Shown piece after piece: positions 14,490-47,812 of a stretch of 64,000 nucleotides of DNA (within the stretch, counting starts at the first letter, position 1; each line of letters begins with the position of its first letter). The stretch covers positions 16,215,615 to 16,279,614 of the forward strand of contig CAVNZM010000002.1 of assembly GCA_963693365.1 (NCBI GenBank), given 5' to 3'. Below the pieces are notes generated by a model, which worked only from the letters and a program-made list of their open reading frames with translations, was not told the origin of the DNA and searched no databases. The position numbers and the translations under genes are program-made. Source of the DNA: Amoebidium appalachense. Lineage: Eukaryota; Protista; Ichthyosporea.

Positions 14490-14930
14490 TCTAACTTTCT
14501 GGATGCATACATCTCCTGGGCGAGATTCTTGTATTCGGTCGTCTTTTTGGCCTGTAGGATGTAGATCTGTTATGGATTCGAAGAATTTGATCAACGGGCA
14601 TGGATCCTGACTCTCTGTTTTTGCTCACGAAGTCGAGCTCTTTCTGTTACCCATTGCTTTCTGATCTTTTCGCCATGGAACCTAACACCTGCACACAAAT
14701 AGCTTCAATTTCGGTTCGGCTGTCGATTGGAATGGTTTTGAGCATGTTTTGCTGTATCTTGTCGGCAATGTGCTTATCATTTTCGCTGTGGCTGTTAAGA
14801 GGGAGGTTGGTGAGAGTGCAAGTTAGAACGTTGTTCTTGGGAGAAGGTCTGTAGGCCTACCCTTGGTTACTGAGAAAGACTCTGCTTTCTGGTTCCTCCA
14901 CACCGGCTTTTTGCTGAACCTCGTTGTGTC
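14490..14930 (-). pseudogene. Decayed reading frame of unknown origin (gene or TE relic)
   Basis: Frame NEVQQKAGVEEPESRVFLSNQG*AYRPSPKNNVLTCTL...ESNG*QKELDFVSK... runs about 440 bp with only two stops, in repeat-free sequence. Confidence 0.3.
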
Positions 14931-16003
14931 AACTTAAGCAGAAACACCAACACTGCTGGAAAATCAACAGTAACAAGGTGCTGTGGATTGTCGACAGCTC
15001 ATCCACCAAGCACTTCAGCCACCACTTTCTTTGCTGCTAGACCAAGGATCCGGATACCCAAGATGGGCCAGCCGAAGGTGACAGGTGGGTGGTTTACTCT
15101 CTTTGAGCCACCTTCTTTTGCCTTTCCCGTTTCCCCCGTTGTTCACTTTGTCGTTTTATCAAGCACTTCAGGTATAACTTCAACCCCAAGGATACCCAAG
15201 CTGGGCCAGCCGAAGGTGACGGATGGGTCTGATGGGTCTATTGTTCTCTTTGAGCTGCCTTCTTCTGCTTTTCGCTCTCCTCACGTTGCCAAGTTTGTTG
15301 TTTCCATGTGTTAAAGAGGTAGCTCGTGTACGTGTAGGGTGGTGTTATTTGTTTACTTGAAGGCTTTCTGGTTTCACTAAGGTTAGGCACTTTGAGTAAC
15401 ATACTAAATTGTTTGTTGCCTTAACAACCCCTTCTCTTCATCTTGTTCCCTGCCAGATCTCTTACAGATTTTTGGGAATCTCTGATGGTCTCCCTTGGTT
15501 ACCCGTTCCTTCGATTATCGTGGTTAGACTATAAAACACCTTCGAACGTCCTTCTTTCCCTCTGGGGTGCTTATCTACTACCCTCACATCACCTCAAGCT
15601 TTCATGGGCTAGCATATTGACTTCTGTAACCCTGCCTGGGTTCATCGCTCTTTTAGATTTTTTTTGCCAGTATTGAAATCTTGGTATTTCTATGTGAGCC
15701 GACCACGTTACCCTCCTCCCCTCCGGCTCATCATCCATCAAAAAGACAAAGATACACTTCGACTCATTTTACCGCCATCTCTCACTTGCTATTTGACCAC
15801 CTCCCTTTAAGGCATGTTGCATTATTAGGTTTTAAAGAAAGGTCCTGGAGGGATTTTAAACGTACTTCAGGTTTGGTTTCGCGCCTCTCCGTCGTGTCAG
15901 GTTTCTGAAACATGATTTGTATGCAAGTGCTTTTGTTAATTGCCCTCTGGTTCGGCAAACACGTACAGCAGCTAGCAAACCACCTCTGCTTTTGTCTGCT
16001 TCA

Positions 16004-17950
16004 ATGCACGGTCCACCCCTTGATGGCGGCCATGCGGGAAACACGTTGGCAGCTACCACAGCAGACCGAATTCTTCGGTTTTACATTCCAGATGAGCTTT
16101 GCGGGTTGCTGATAGGAAGATCAGGACAGACAATCAGGTGAATCTGTTTGCTGTGGGTATACATGTTGAGTTTGTTTGCCGCGTGGTTTCTTGTTGATTA
16201 GAGAAGTACTGAAATGTTTGCTCTCACATATGGCCGTGGTTTTCTATTTTTTGTTGGTTTTTTTCCCCTCTGCCCCTTGAACCCTGCTGGTCTTTGGCCA
16301 TGACGGGTTGACTTGCCTTTAGCTAAAAAGCTAAGGATGGGTTGGGAACCACACGCTTTTGCTTAGGGGTAGGAAAACTCCTAAATATTGGCGCTGTTGA
16401 AGCATCTCTTTCCTGCACGATTGTTGTGATTTCTGTCCGTCTTGTTGTTTCTGTAGTTTTTAATGTAATGTCTTTGCTTCCATACTTGCAACCCTCTAAT
16501 GCCCCCCCCCCCCCCCCCTCCCCCCCCCCCTCCCCCCCCTCCCCTCCCTCCCCCCCTCCCCCCCCCCCCCCCACACGTTACGTTGAAAGAGTCGAGAGAA
16601 GAAAAGAAACTTTATAGATGAAGAAGGACAAACACGCAGGAAAAGACGGTGAAGACTGGCCAAATCAAGCTATAAAAAGAAAGCTGCTGAGTACATGTGC
16701 AGACTATGTCTCCAAAGTGCTCAGTAATAGTTCAACTCGACAAAGCCTTCTCGTTGTCTTCTTTTTATCACCCTTTGGTTTTTACATTACCCCCCACCCA
16801 CGCACGCTTCCTCCCCTTCCCCCATGACGACTGTCCATTTCCCACTCTGTTCGTGTCTGTGGTTACCTGGTGGAGGTATTCTGACGTTTTTCCCTTTCAG
16901 TGCTGTTCACGCGGTGTTAGGTTCTTCCTAGCTGGGGCTTTGTTCTAATGTTTTTGGTTATGTGGGTTACTGCATGCATACTGTTCTTCTCGTCTTTGCA
17001 TCGTTATGAAAATTGTATACTCCTCTTTTCTTCATACTCCCCTACCCATCCAACGACTCCATATATTTATTGATGTTTAACCCCCCCCCCCCCCTCCCCC
17101 CCCCCCCCCCCCCCCCCCAGCACCAACATTTTTTAACTTTCCTGGGTTTGACTGAATCAGACCGCAGATTGCATTGCTTTTGATTTTCTTGAGTACATAT
17201 TCTTCCTCTAGCAACTCTATTTGCTGACATGTTGGTCACACAACGGTATCATGTGTTGTACAAAAAAACTTTATGTATCTGGTACTCAGCCCGTCTTGAT
17301 GTGGATATACACAGGAAATCGGAAACGAGCAAAGGTGGACGGAACATGATGTACGTTGTTTTGCTTGCAGTCAATTTTTTTGCTACATGTTTGCCGATGG
17401 GACTCTGAGACCTGTACAGTGTATGGCGGGAAGGATAGATTGGGAATGGCGGACTCGATGGTCATATCAGCCACGAAAATGAGGCACACGATCTGAAGAA
17501 GCCCAATAGGCTGCTTGACAGAAAACGAGCTTCCTATCTATAAATAATATGTGAAGGATTAGCATTTCTGCATCAGTGGGAGTTCTTGCCATTCCCGCCA
17601 GTCTTTTTTTCCCAAGACAAATCGTGTTCTGTATGGAACGAGTTTGCTGAGGGGTTATTGGTGGGATGTAACTAAATGATGGTGCTACGGCAGAAGTGAA
17701 ATAAATGTGGCCCTGGCTTGACCCATTGCTTTGGGGTATGTTTTTATAATTTGTTGTTGCACTTGCACTAAAGTGCGCACATCACAGGGCACTGGAGGAG
17801 GAAACATCAACCAACATCCACGTGGCAAAGGACTCCGAGCGAGTTGCTTCAGCCCCACCATGCTCAAAACTCATCACTATCGAGGGGGATCTACCCAGCC
17901 GCACTGATGCATGCAACAAGATTACTACAATTCTCCTCGAAGTAGGTTTA

Positions 17951-17996
<46 letters not shown>

Positions 17997-20900
17997 ACAC
18001 ACTGCCCCTCTCCCCCCCCCCCCCCCCCCCCCCCCCCTGCCCTCCCCGGGGGGTTTCCCCTATTAGCGTAAGGAGAACACATAAGCAAACCAGCAACAGC
18101 ACAGCAAAAACTCAGCTACAACTAAAACTGAAAGCACAAGTGAGCATTTATTCCCCCCTCCCACTCCACCCACTCCCACCCACGCACCGTTCAGCCTCTT
18201 CAACTGTTCCCGAGTTTCGTTTGGTGGGCTTTTAGTTTATGGCTACTCAGACGTTGATCCTTGTTGCCCACAATTGCACGATGGCAAAACATTAACCAGT
18301 GATTGTCTTTCAGGGATTGCGACCCAGGCTACCAACATTCTTGCGCCCGGAGGATGCCAGCTTTGAAGACTTTTTCATCCCCAATTGGGCAGTTAGCCTG
18401 CTGATTGGACCCAACGGAAGCACCATTAGGCTCATCGAAGCGAGCTTCAATGTCAGAATTACCGTGAGTCTCCTCCACCGGATATCAGAACGCTTCATCA
18501 CTCTGCCTGAATCATGGTGTATCAAGTGGAGTTGGGCTAGCTTGTTCCCTGCGAGACTTTGTGCTTCTGTCGTATAGAACCGATCATGTGATCGATTTAA
18601 TCGGCCTCACTGCAGTGCTTTGCATATATGAACCGTTAGCAGGAAATCAGCAGTACATTAATCTTTTATGGCATAGCTCTGACACTCCATACTTGTGCTT
18701 TAGATTGGCCTCGATCAGGAACCTCGGCCGAACACCTACGAGCGCCGGATCACCATGGCCGGCCATAAAGAAGCCATCCCTCTCTGTGTGGATTACCTCG
18801 ACACGTTCATCAGGGTACGTACACGTGTGCTATGGTGGTGTAAACTTCACGGTTGCTGGTTGGCTATGGTTGCACATATATAAGCCCCTCACCCCCCCCC
18901 CCCCCCCTCCCCCCCACCCCCCCCTTTCTGTGGCTTGGACTTTGTGCATGGTTTGGAACTATGAAACTCGATCCCCCCCCCCCCCCCCCCTTCCCCCTTC
19001 TGGGCACGGATTTTTAAGTAAAAAAGCAAGAAGCATCCTGTCACCACTTACATGTACACACATGCAGAGCCAGTCATTTGCATCTGCAGTAACATCGGGA
19101 TGTTTGTGGGTCTAGCTTGATCGCTGATCAACGGTTGCAGGGTGTGTGGAGTGCACACCAACAGCGCGAGGGGCCGCCACCGCCGCTGACCTGTCAAGTG
19201 GTACGGCCAGCGCGACCCATGGGTGCTCCCATGACGAGTCCGACCACCCCCATATCGCCCGCGTTCATGCCTCAGGTAATCTTGTGTGTTTGCATGCACA
19301 TGTACATCGGTTAGGGTTATGCCTTATAAAACGAGTAACTTTTAGGCATTGCAGAAGGTGAATATGCTCACAAATGTGCTTATGCCTCTTGCTTGCAATC
19401 GCATCACCATTAATCTAGCTGCCTTTCAGAGCTTGTGTAAGTGGCTATGCATTTTCCGATAAGAGGAAGTGATTGGATAGTGGCTGCCTTATATGATGTT
19501 TCAGGGTCACTAGCTGATACTGGATGCATCGCTCGGTCATTCTGTGATTAGAACAGTGAGTTAACGGCAGTGTTTGCCCACACAGAAACCGGAACCGCGC
19601 AAGAGTAATCCCTCTGGGTTCGCTGCTAAGATCACCATCCTCCGACCTAGACGGCATTCAGGTGTGTATAGTGATATTTGAACGGGTTGTGAGTAGGTCT
19701 GATCGTCTGGTGTTGTGGATCTACTATTTCTGATTTGTGGGTCTTGACTTTCGTGCCTTGCCACTTGCACCTTTTCGATGTTGTTCTACAGCACTAACCA
19801 GCTTGCTACCTGACAACAGAGGATACTGTTGGGTTGGGCAGCCACGTGTCAACCTGGGGCGGACCTGGCTATGCCGGCAGCACAAACGGCACGTTCTTTC
19901 CTGAGACACTGACTGGATTGCCATGTCCGGACGGCTACACATATCCTCCTACCCATGAAAACAACAAAGCAACAAAAACCAACCGCATGTCCCTTCCAGG
20001 CAAGAAACATCCACGTGGAGCCACCTCGCCGACCGATCCATTGAGCACCACTCATGCGCAACGCAATCGTCAGACATGGTCGATGAGAGAGGCCCAAAAC
20101 ACAAAGGGTGAACCGAACACTGCTGTATACACTTCCGGTCCGAAGAGTTCTCAGGCAGCACCAGTTGAGAACAGTGGGGGCTTGAGCGATTGGGGTTCTG
20201 GAGCAATCACAACGGGTTGGACTGAAAAACCCGAAGGCGCAACGGGCTGGTCAGAGACATCGGCACCCACAACCGGTTGGACCGAGAATTCCAAACACGA
20301 TACGATCCCACACCATGCAAACTGGCCAAAAACGACGGAGCACACCACTTTTGCATCAAAATCACCACGAGTGCCAGAAGATACCAACACTACGCACAAT
20401 ACAGGGCAGTCTGCCATGCCTGAGAGTGTGCATGTACCAGCCCCAACGGGCCGCCTTCCCCCTGCGTCAAAGCACCCTCGAGCACGCGCCACACAATGTT
20501 ATCCCACACCCACAAACCAAGCGCGTAACCGACAGTCGTACCCACCAGCAAAGAATGAGGTGCACTTTGCCCCAGGAACCAGGGGCGAGTCACATGATGA
20601 TGATTCTCCTACGAAATCGCGACGTCATTCAGCGCGCCAGCCATCGTTGCAGCACCAACACCAGCCTAGTATGGCTCCACAGCCCTCACCCGCCACGGCA
20701 GACCACCTTCGAACTGGGTTGGCGCAAGAGCCTTTGGCATCGCCCAAAAGCCCAAGGACCAGACGTTTTCCCGAACATCGTCGTGCTATGGCTACCAAGT
20801 CATCAACCCCAACACCTTGCCCGTCCGGACCACTAGCACCATCGGCAGATGCCCCCCCATCTCTACCTCACCGGGCACAGTCACCGACCCGAGGGTCGAA

Positions 20901-23900
20901 ATTAACCCCAAGTCCACTTGTGTTGCCGGCCGACCACCCGAAGGCGCCCACCCCCCGTCAACTATCACCAGCTCGCCGATCGGCGTCGCCTACCCGCAAC
21001 AAAGCATCACCAAACATCATGCACGGATCACCGTCAGCACCCCGCCAGTCACAACCACCCCGCCGCCCCCTGTCCTATCCGCACCCTCGTTCTACAGTCA
21101 CCCGCTCCAACAGTGCACCCAAGGGAACATCTGCACCACGCCCCAAGAGTGTTGGTGTCCTGTCTGGTTACTCGTCAACGGACGCTCGGGCCATTGCGGC
21201 ACATCTCGTGCCGATATACCCGGGTCAAAGTACACAGGAAACAGGCGGAAACTACAGCCCGACTCGTATTGAAGCGATGCCCGCCAACATGCAAGTTCCG
21301 TGCGTCCCACTGTTCTCAGTTGCCAACGGGGGCATGCCGCAAATCCAGTACCTCCCCCAGGTGTCACCCGCTATTTTTTCACCGCCACATGCCTATGCAC
21401 CAACCATCAACCCTAGAAGCCCATCGTCCGCCCATCCTCCCTACTTCATGAACATGGTGCCTGCACCTACCGCGGACATGCCAACGCTTGTGTACGTCAC
21501 GTCACAGAACCCATCACCAGTTTTCGTCCCTCTTAATCGAGACACTGCGCCACAAGCACCCAAAACAGCCACACAAGACCAGGCTAGTGCTCCTCAAAAG
21601 GACAGCAACCATATGTCCTCCCCCACCAAGAAGTACCCCGTGTGGGTTCCAAGCAAGGAGCAGCAAGCATCTCCCCGCCAGCCACCTCGCCAGCGCGAGA
21701 AAAAGATGACCGAGATGGGTATTCCAATCTCCAAGTATCTGTATGACAGCTTTACTGCCCAAGGTACCACCTTCCCCCTCCCCCCTCCCCCCCCCCCCCT
21801 CCCCCCCCCCAACCAACCCCCCTCCCTCCCCCCCCCCCCCCCCCAACCAACCCCCCTCCCCTCCCCCCCCCCCCCCCCCCCCCCCCAGGCCCGTCCCCTT
21901 ACCCCGTCCCTTTCCTTACCACACACACACAATATTCCTTGGCGCCTCTTCTGCGATGTTCTCACCCGTCTTCATCTCATCATGCTTTCTATGTATGGTC
22001 AAGACTATCCCCTTCTTTAGCCCGTCCGTGCATTATATTCTTCCGGTTACCTCACTCGCCTCGACCCAATCCCTTCCTGGTGCCCCTTCCCCGAAGAAGA
22101 CACCGTGTGTGTGGGTTTTTTTTTTTTTTTTTTTTTTTTTTTTGCCGCCGCGCGCGGGGGGGGTGTTGTTGACAGGTGGTACGAAAAGGTTCTGCTATAC
22201 TGCACCGCGTTGCAGATAAAGATCGATACATGGAAGCCAGACGTTTAAGCTATTCCATGTAGTGTGTTGCCTGTCATGCAGGCGGAGATGTATCTCACAC
22301 AGTGTGGTTTCCACAGGCAGCCTCCTGCGACAGGAACTGCTGGGCATTGCCATTGTTAATGGCCAGCAACTGCAGCTCAGTGTGGATGTAAGTCCCTTTT
22401 TGCCCCAGGCAATCCTTTGATGCATCTCTGTGACCAATTTGTAAAAGTATTAAATGAAATCATTTGCTCCTTTGCATAAACGTTGGACGTGCTAACTGGA
22501 AACATACATGCAGCTCGATATACGATAGTATTTCCAGTGCCGCAGCCTCGTATAGACACTAATGCGCAGCTAGTCCGAATGCTCGTATACTCAGTTAAAT
22601 TTCTCGCCAGCTTCCAAAGACGTCAGATGGAGTGCCTGCCATCAACCTCAAGGGAGAGCCATCCCTTGTTATGGCAGCATCCGACCGTGTGCGACTGTAT
22701 CTGCAGCAGGTATGACCTGCTCATCCCTCTGCAACATGCACATCGATGTATGTGAGGCGCTCGTCAGGATTGCACAAACAGGCAAAGACCAAGAGGTTGA
22801 AGAATTCGGAAAACAACATGATGATGATGCACAACGAAGGTTTAGACTCCTTTGCCAGAGGGAAAAAGAGGGGTGGAGCCGACCAGGGGGGGGGGGGGGA
22901 GGGGGGGAGGTGGTTGGGGGAGGGGGGGGGGGGGGGGGGGGGGGGGGACATAGTGGTGGTGAACAGGGGCAGACATCAGTATTTGCAGGCATGAACTTTT
23001 GCAGATTATAGAACGAGCCAATCAGCCTCCCAGCTTAGAAGGGAGAAACTGACTTGAGCAAGAAGGGAGAAACGGACTTGTGCAAGCTTGTGGATGTCCG
23101 TTACAGTGATGTGTGCCTGTGTATCTGGCAGCCTATTATTGTGCACACGTTGATATTTGATGAAATGCAGATGTTTGGCGAGGGCTACGAGAAGAAGAAG
23201 GCAGCTGTGCCAAACCCAGATCCAACAAAGGTTGCAGGTATGTAATTTTTTTACCATAGGCAATACCACGTACACGTAGACTTGGGTGAGGTCAGCTTTG
23301 AGGGGATGAGGAGTCGTAAACGTACTGCCCAAACAATATATCAACCGGCACCGCCCTCCCTCGCTGTGGAAAGGCACACATACCCATAAGCAGGCGGTGC
23401 ACGCACACACATGTGCGTGGACATACATATGCACATGCACATGCCCACTGGTGTTTCATTGCTATCTTCTGCAACATGGAGTAAAAAAATTCCCAACGTT
23501 CAGACGTACACCATAAAACCAGCGTAGGACAGTGCAAGCAGAAATGCACAGAGGAGGCCAGGAACACCACATACAAAAACTAACACATCACACCACCGGC
23601 CGTGCAGGTGTGTCCGTCGCTGCTACCGCCAAAGAGTCTACCGAGACCAAATCTGACCATGAGGGACACACGGACGGCCCTCCCGTTTACACAGGTAACA
23701 ACCCCCCCCCCCCCCCCTTTCCCCCCTCTTCTTTCGTCCTCGTCTGTGATGTGTCTCCATGTGTAGCACTGGCGTGTGCATGCATAACATCTCTGCATGC
23801 TGTTCCACTATCCCTCCTTCCTTGCCCACACCCCTGCTTGCTCATTCTCGCTCGCTTCTTGAGAAGTTTCGTGGGGCCAGTGATCCTACTGTGGGGTGCC

Positions 23901-24220
23901 TCGAGTACCCTTAGCATTCACTGGCTGTATTCTGCAACCCCCCCCCCCCCCATCCCCCCTCCCCCCCCCCCCCCCCCCCCCGGCCTCCCACCTGCATCTA
24001 TTGAAGGACGTATGTGTGTGGGTGGTGGGGGGAGGGGGGGAGGGGGGAATGGGTGGGTGTGAGAATGTGTGTGTGTGAGGGGGGGAGGGGGGGGGGGTAA
24101 GAATAAGATTTGATGCCCTAACCCGATTGGTTGAATGCTCATCGAACAATACCTGCAGAGCGCAACGTAGGGGACACCAGCCTGGGTGAGTCGTCCGATT
24201 CAGATGATGAAGGCAAGTAA
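16004..24220 (+). CDS. Multi-exon KH-domain RNA-binding protein (KH1-KH2, long disordered region, degenerate KH3); PCBP/hnRNP K/Nova-like layout
   Basis: Exons 16004-16137, 17788-17941, 18314-18463, 18704-18814, 19141-19275, ~19586-19604, 19820-21763, 22317-22387, 22611-22709; later exons to 24220 less certain. KH1 RFYIPDELCGLLIGRSGQTIR|ALEEETSTNIHV..LITIEG; KH2 DFFIPNWAVSLLIGPNGSTIRLIEASFNVRIT|IG..ERRITMAG. Both have GxxG loops. Confidence 0.85.
19820..21763 (+). CDS. 1.9-kb S/P/T-rich disordered exon of the KH gene
   Basis: Within the 728-aa ORF; donor CAA G|gtacca is in phase with exon 22317. Confidence 0.8.
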
Positions 24221-25522
24221 TCCCCCCTTTTCAAGCCAGCATATCATGATGTAATTCAACATGTACATGCATGCTGTTGCCTTGTTGCGCTGTGTCAATG
24301 CCGTGTATCTGAGGTATGTTCAATATCCAACAACCCTTGTGCTGGTGGCAGTAAAAGAATTGCAGTGTGATGCAGACAGCTTATGGAGCTGCAACGAATA
24401 CAGCTTTACAGGGGACATATATATGCAGGCATTCTCTCATTTATTGCCCACACCCACACAGTGAACATCTCTTTGGCGCCTTGCAAAGCAACCATTGGTC
24501 ATCAACCGACCCTTGCCCCCCAGTGAAATTAGGTAGTCTCTCTCTCCCCCTCCCTCCCCCCTTCCCCCCCCCCCCCCCCCCCCCCAAAACACACACACAC
24601 ACCTCACCCCCACCCCACCACCACCACCACCACCACCACCACACATGCACACATGCATATGCATGCGCGCGCACTCGCGCATGCGCACATGCACACGTAC
24701 ACACACACACATGCGCACGCGCGCACGCACAAACACACACACACACAAACACACATGGTTCTCTCCCGTCGAAAACCCCTCCTCCTCCCTCCCCCTCCTC
24801 CCCTCCCCCCTGCCCCACCCCCTCGCCCCCTCTTCTACCCTAATACAACATTTTACCCCACTGATTTGGTCCCAACACATAGTCGATGTGTTACACTCCT
24901 GGGTTAAACATCCTGTTTCGATCTGTGTGCATTCAGCTTACGTTCCCCCTGACGTGTTCTTACAGCCTGGCATGCCTTATGTTCCTATGGTGGCCTTGAC
25001 TATCTGGCCTTTATGCACAAACCAAGTACACTATTAACATCATTTGCAGCAGGTTGTGTGTAATTATTGCCCTTCAACGAGTCTTCAACGTGCGCTGCAA
25101 GCTGCAGCCCACATTTATCAGCTACCAACTACAAAGTTCGTTACAATAAATCTAGGAAACCCAGAACTCTGTCGATGATGTGGAGCTCCAACGATTGCCC
25201 CCCTCCCCTCTCCCCCCCCCCTCCCCCCCCCCCCCCCCTCCCCCTCCCCACCACCACCACCACCACCACCACCACCTCCCCACCTCCGCTCCTCCCCTTC
25301 CCCCCCAACTTTCCCCCCCAACCCCAACCCCAACCCCCCAACTCCACAACGTTAACCCCATTTTAAGTCCAAAAACAGCAACAACACGCATGTCCGAAAC
25401 AAAAACAACACGCATTCACACAGCCAGACACATATCACCACATTCGTCCACCACCCACTCACACACACCCGTCATTCCTGCCTCACCATTCCTCCTCCTC
25501 CCCCCGCCCCCCTCCCCCTCCC

Positions 25523-25588
<66 letters not shown>

Positions 25589-26302
25589 GGGCCCTTCTCA
25601 CCTCTGCTTCCACGGCAATGTCCTAACGAAACAGCTACACCAGCGCTTCAAGTTCCTTCCGCCCATGTGTTTTGCAAACACGTAGTCGATATTTCAAGCA
25701 CTTGTATGGCCTATATATCTACCACTGAATGATTATGTATTAGCTGGCATACACTTTTCACGGAACACAGGCAAGGCAAAAACGGGGTGTGCATTCCCCT
25801 CCCCCCCCCCCCCCCCCTCCCCCCTCCCTCCCCCCCCCCCCCCCTCCCCTTGCCCCCCCCCCTCCTCCTCCTCCCCCTCCCCGCCCCCACGACCATATCA
25901 TGCAACCACCATCGCCACCAGTCTGCCACCACCGTCACCACGTACATGCGCACCCCCTCCGCCCCTTTCCCACCCATCCAACCAAAAATCTCAAAACAAA
26001 AAAGAGAGGATGTGTGCCACTGGGTGGGTGGGTGGGTGGGTGGGTTTGTGGGTGGGTGGGTGGTGGTAATGGTGGTGGTGGTGGTGGGGGTGGTGGTGGT
26101 GGTTGGGGGGGGGGGAAGGGTTTGGGGGGAGGGGGGGGAGCCGGGGGGAGGGGGGGGGACTTTAACCCGCATGTGACCACCTGCCCGTGTTACTTCTACA
26201 TATAATACATGCGGGTGGGCAATCTCCGGAGATACCGTGTACAATGGGGACGTGAAAGAGGTAAACCTTAAAGTAGAAGGGTTGGGGGGATTTTTGGAGG
26301 GG

Positions 26303-26347
<45 letters not shown>

Positions 26348-26649
26348 CTGAGATCAGACGATACGATGACGGGATCTGGAGTTTGATAGACGGAGATATA
26401 TGATAAAGCTGGAACCGAGAGCCTAAAGCAAGAGGAAAGTGAAATTCAAAAGGGGATTATAGTCATACAAACGAGGCGCTCCAGACACAAGACAGAGTCG
26501 AAAGGAAGAGTTTGGGCAGCATATGAAGGAGAAGCTAAAGGAGGTGGGCTGGTAGGGAGACGTACAAATGCAGCCTGACGTACAATGTTTAATAGTCAGT
26601 GATGGTGTGTGTGCACGTGCCTATGCGTACTTCTGTGACTGAGTGTGTG

Positions 26650-26699
<50 letters not shown>

Positions 26700-26845
26700 G
26701 GGGGGGGGGGGGGGGGGGGCTTCATTTAAAAAGCCCGAGATTGTGGGAACACCACGAGAGTAATGGGAAAAAAGGCAGTCTGAGGATTCCGAAGGGGAAG
26801 CGGTTGTGTACCGTGTGGTGGCGGTGGTGGTGGTGGTACCGGTGT

Positions 26846-26899
<54 letters not shown>

Positions 26900-27622
26900 C
26901 TATTCTCATTATGGTACGGCCGGGACACGGTGGAATTTAATCTCCTTTTTGCACAGGATTTATAAAAGTACGTTCAGGTATTACTTCACACGTGTAGAAT
27001 TATATACATGTCACTTCACTGAAGTTGACACCTCGCAGTATCGATATCATTTTACATTAACTACACAGCATATAACAAATCACACTAATATCAATCCGCA
27101 TTCTGGCATTATTCATACAACACAATCCATTTGTGTCTGCTGCCTACAAGCCACTACATTCATGCTGTCTACAAGCATCGATATCTCTGGCTCATGTTAT
27201 TACAAACATGTATTACATCAACTGATAATGCAATAATACATAAGTAATACTGCAATAATACACTCAGTTTCACATATCCGGTACTACCACCATACCAGCA
27301 CACGAGTTAAGGATAATATCGACGGTGCCATGTTTGGGGTGATGTGTATGCACGCATTGGGTGGCATGCCCTAGGTATCCGCATGTGTTGTTAACAGGCA
27401 GCGCGTGTTGTGTAGCTGTTGTTGTGTGGAATCTCTCTAGGGTGACCAATAATTTGTTTGCTTGGTCCACATGTGGGACGTAACAGAATACTCGAGTGCG
27501 ACAAGTGCAGGAGAGGTTGAAGTGGGGTGAGCGCAAGTAAGGGGCTTTTTCTGTGGGGTAAGAGCGCCGGGGGAGGGGGGGGGGGTAGGGGGGAGGGGGG
27601 GAGGGGGAGGAAGGAGAGGGAG

Positions 27623-27653
<31 letters not shown>

Positions 27654-27783
27654 ATCAGTGTACAGACACGAGAAACGCCCCAAACAACAGGACCATTTCA
27701 GAAATAACGAGGAAGGAACCTCAGACAAGAGAACAAACGAAGCCAACGAGGCACCTCATATTTTCCTTCGTAGCCTAGAAGCA

Positions 27784-46840
<19,057 letters not shown>

Positions 46841-47221
46841 GCTTGCGCGTGCGTCCTTCCCCGTTGAAACGAACCACAAGCTAACAAAACGAAAACAGTA
46901 GTCTTTTCACTGTGTACATGTAGCTAGCGCTGAGCCCGGGAATGACAGAAACAGGGGCAGGGTTGTAAAGAAGGCAACCACAATAGCCATTCTTGATTGG
47001 CTTAAAAATTTAGGTGTTAAATCCAATCAATCAACACACGCTTAGAACATTTTTCAACCAGGGCTCTAAACGTAGGGTAGGCTTGAGATCTGGCAGCTCT
47101 GTCTGGCCGAGCTCCGGCTCTTTTCAAAACAAACATGAAGAGTGCACGTGAATCCAAGTACAAGTTGCATTCTTGACATACGCACTGCGTGTATGCCTGC
47201 ACATACTGTAACACAGTAACA

Positions 47222-47812
47222 GGCAGAATTAAGGAAGCAAGCAGAATAAGTTAGTAAGTACTAGCAGAATAATTCTCGTGCATGCAGCTGAATAATTCTC
47301 GTGCAAAAAAATAATCAGAAGCAGAATAACTTTCGAATTCAATATATGTATATATGATGGATGCAGAATATTTATTATGTAATTGCAAGCAGAATAATTC
47401 AATCAACAAATAGCTCTCGTGCATGCATGGATAATTAATTCTCATGCACGCAGAATGATCTATTCAAAAGCAGGATATTTGTGCTTGAGAACAATTCCGC
47501 TGTACGGTTTGTCAGCAGCTGCAATAGAATAACTCTGCTTACAGCAGAATAGTTGCAGAATGGTTTTGCAAGCAGGATAATTCTGTTCAGAACAGAATAT
47601 TTCTACTCCTGCAACTTTATGAGTATTTTACTTTTTGCAGAGTAATTCTGGTAGTACTAGTGCCAAAAGCAAAATTTTATGTATGAGGTTTTGAAGTTCT
47701 ATTTTTGCAACCTTGTGAATACTGCCTTTTGCAGAATACATTATTCTGCTCGAATTAGAATACTCCTCCTGTTGCAGCCGTATGGTATTCTGCTTTTTGC
47801 AGTATAATTCTG
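47222..47812. repeat. Degenerate array of GCAGAAT(A)/ATTCTGC motifs
   Basis: Well over a dozen GCAGAAT-like motifs in both orientations, often as AGAATAATTCT. Confidence 0.7.

Noticed and set aside
14490-15310. Stop-codon reassignment
   Set aside because: Real genes here end in TAA or TAG and their long exons have no in-frame stops; decay is the simpler explanation.
16392-16425. AVEASLSCTIV as a KH1 continuation through a non-canonical GG acceptor
   Set aside because: Exon 17788 has a canonical AG, the correct phase and a better KH match (ALEEETSTNIHV).
47222-47812. CRISPR-like array
   Set aside because: Motifs are short, degenerate, irregularly spaced and in both orientations; no cas genes; eukaryotic context.
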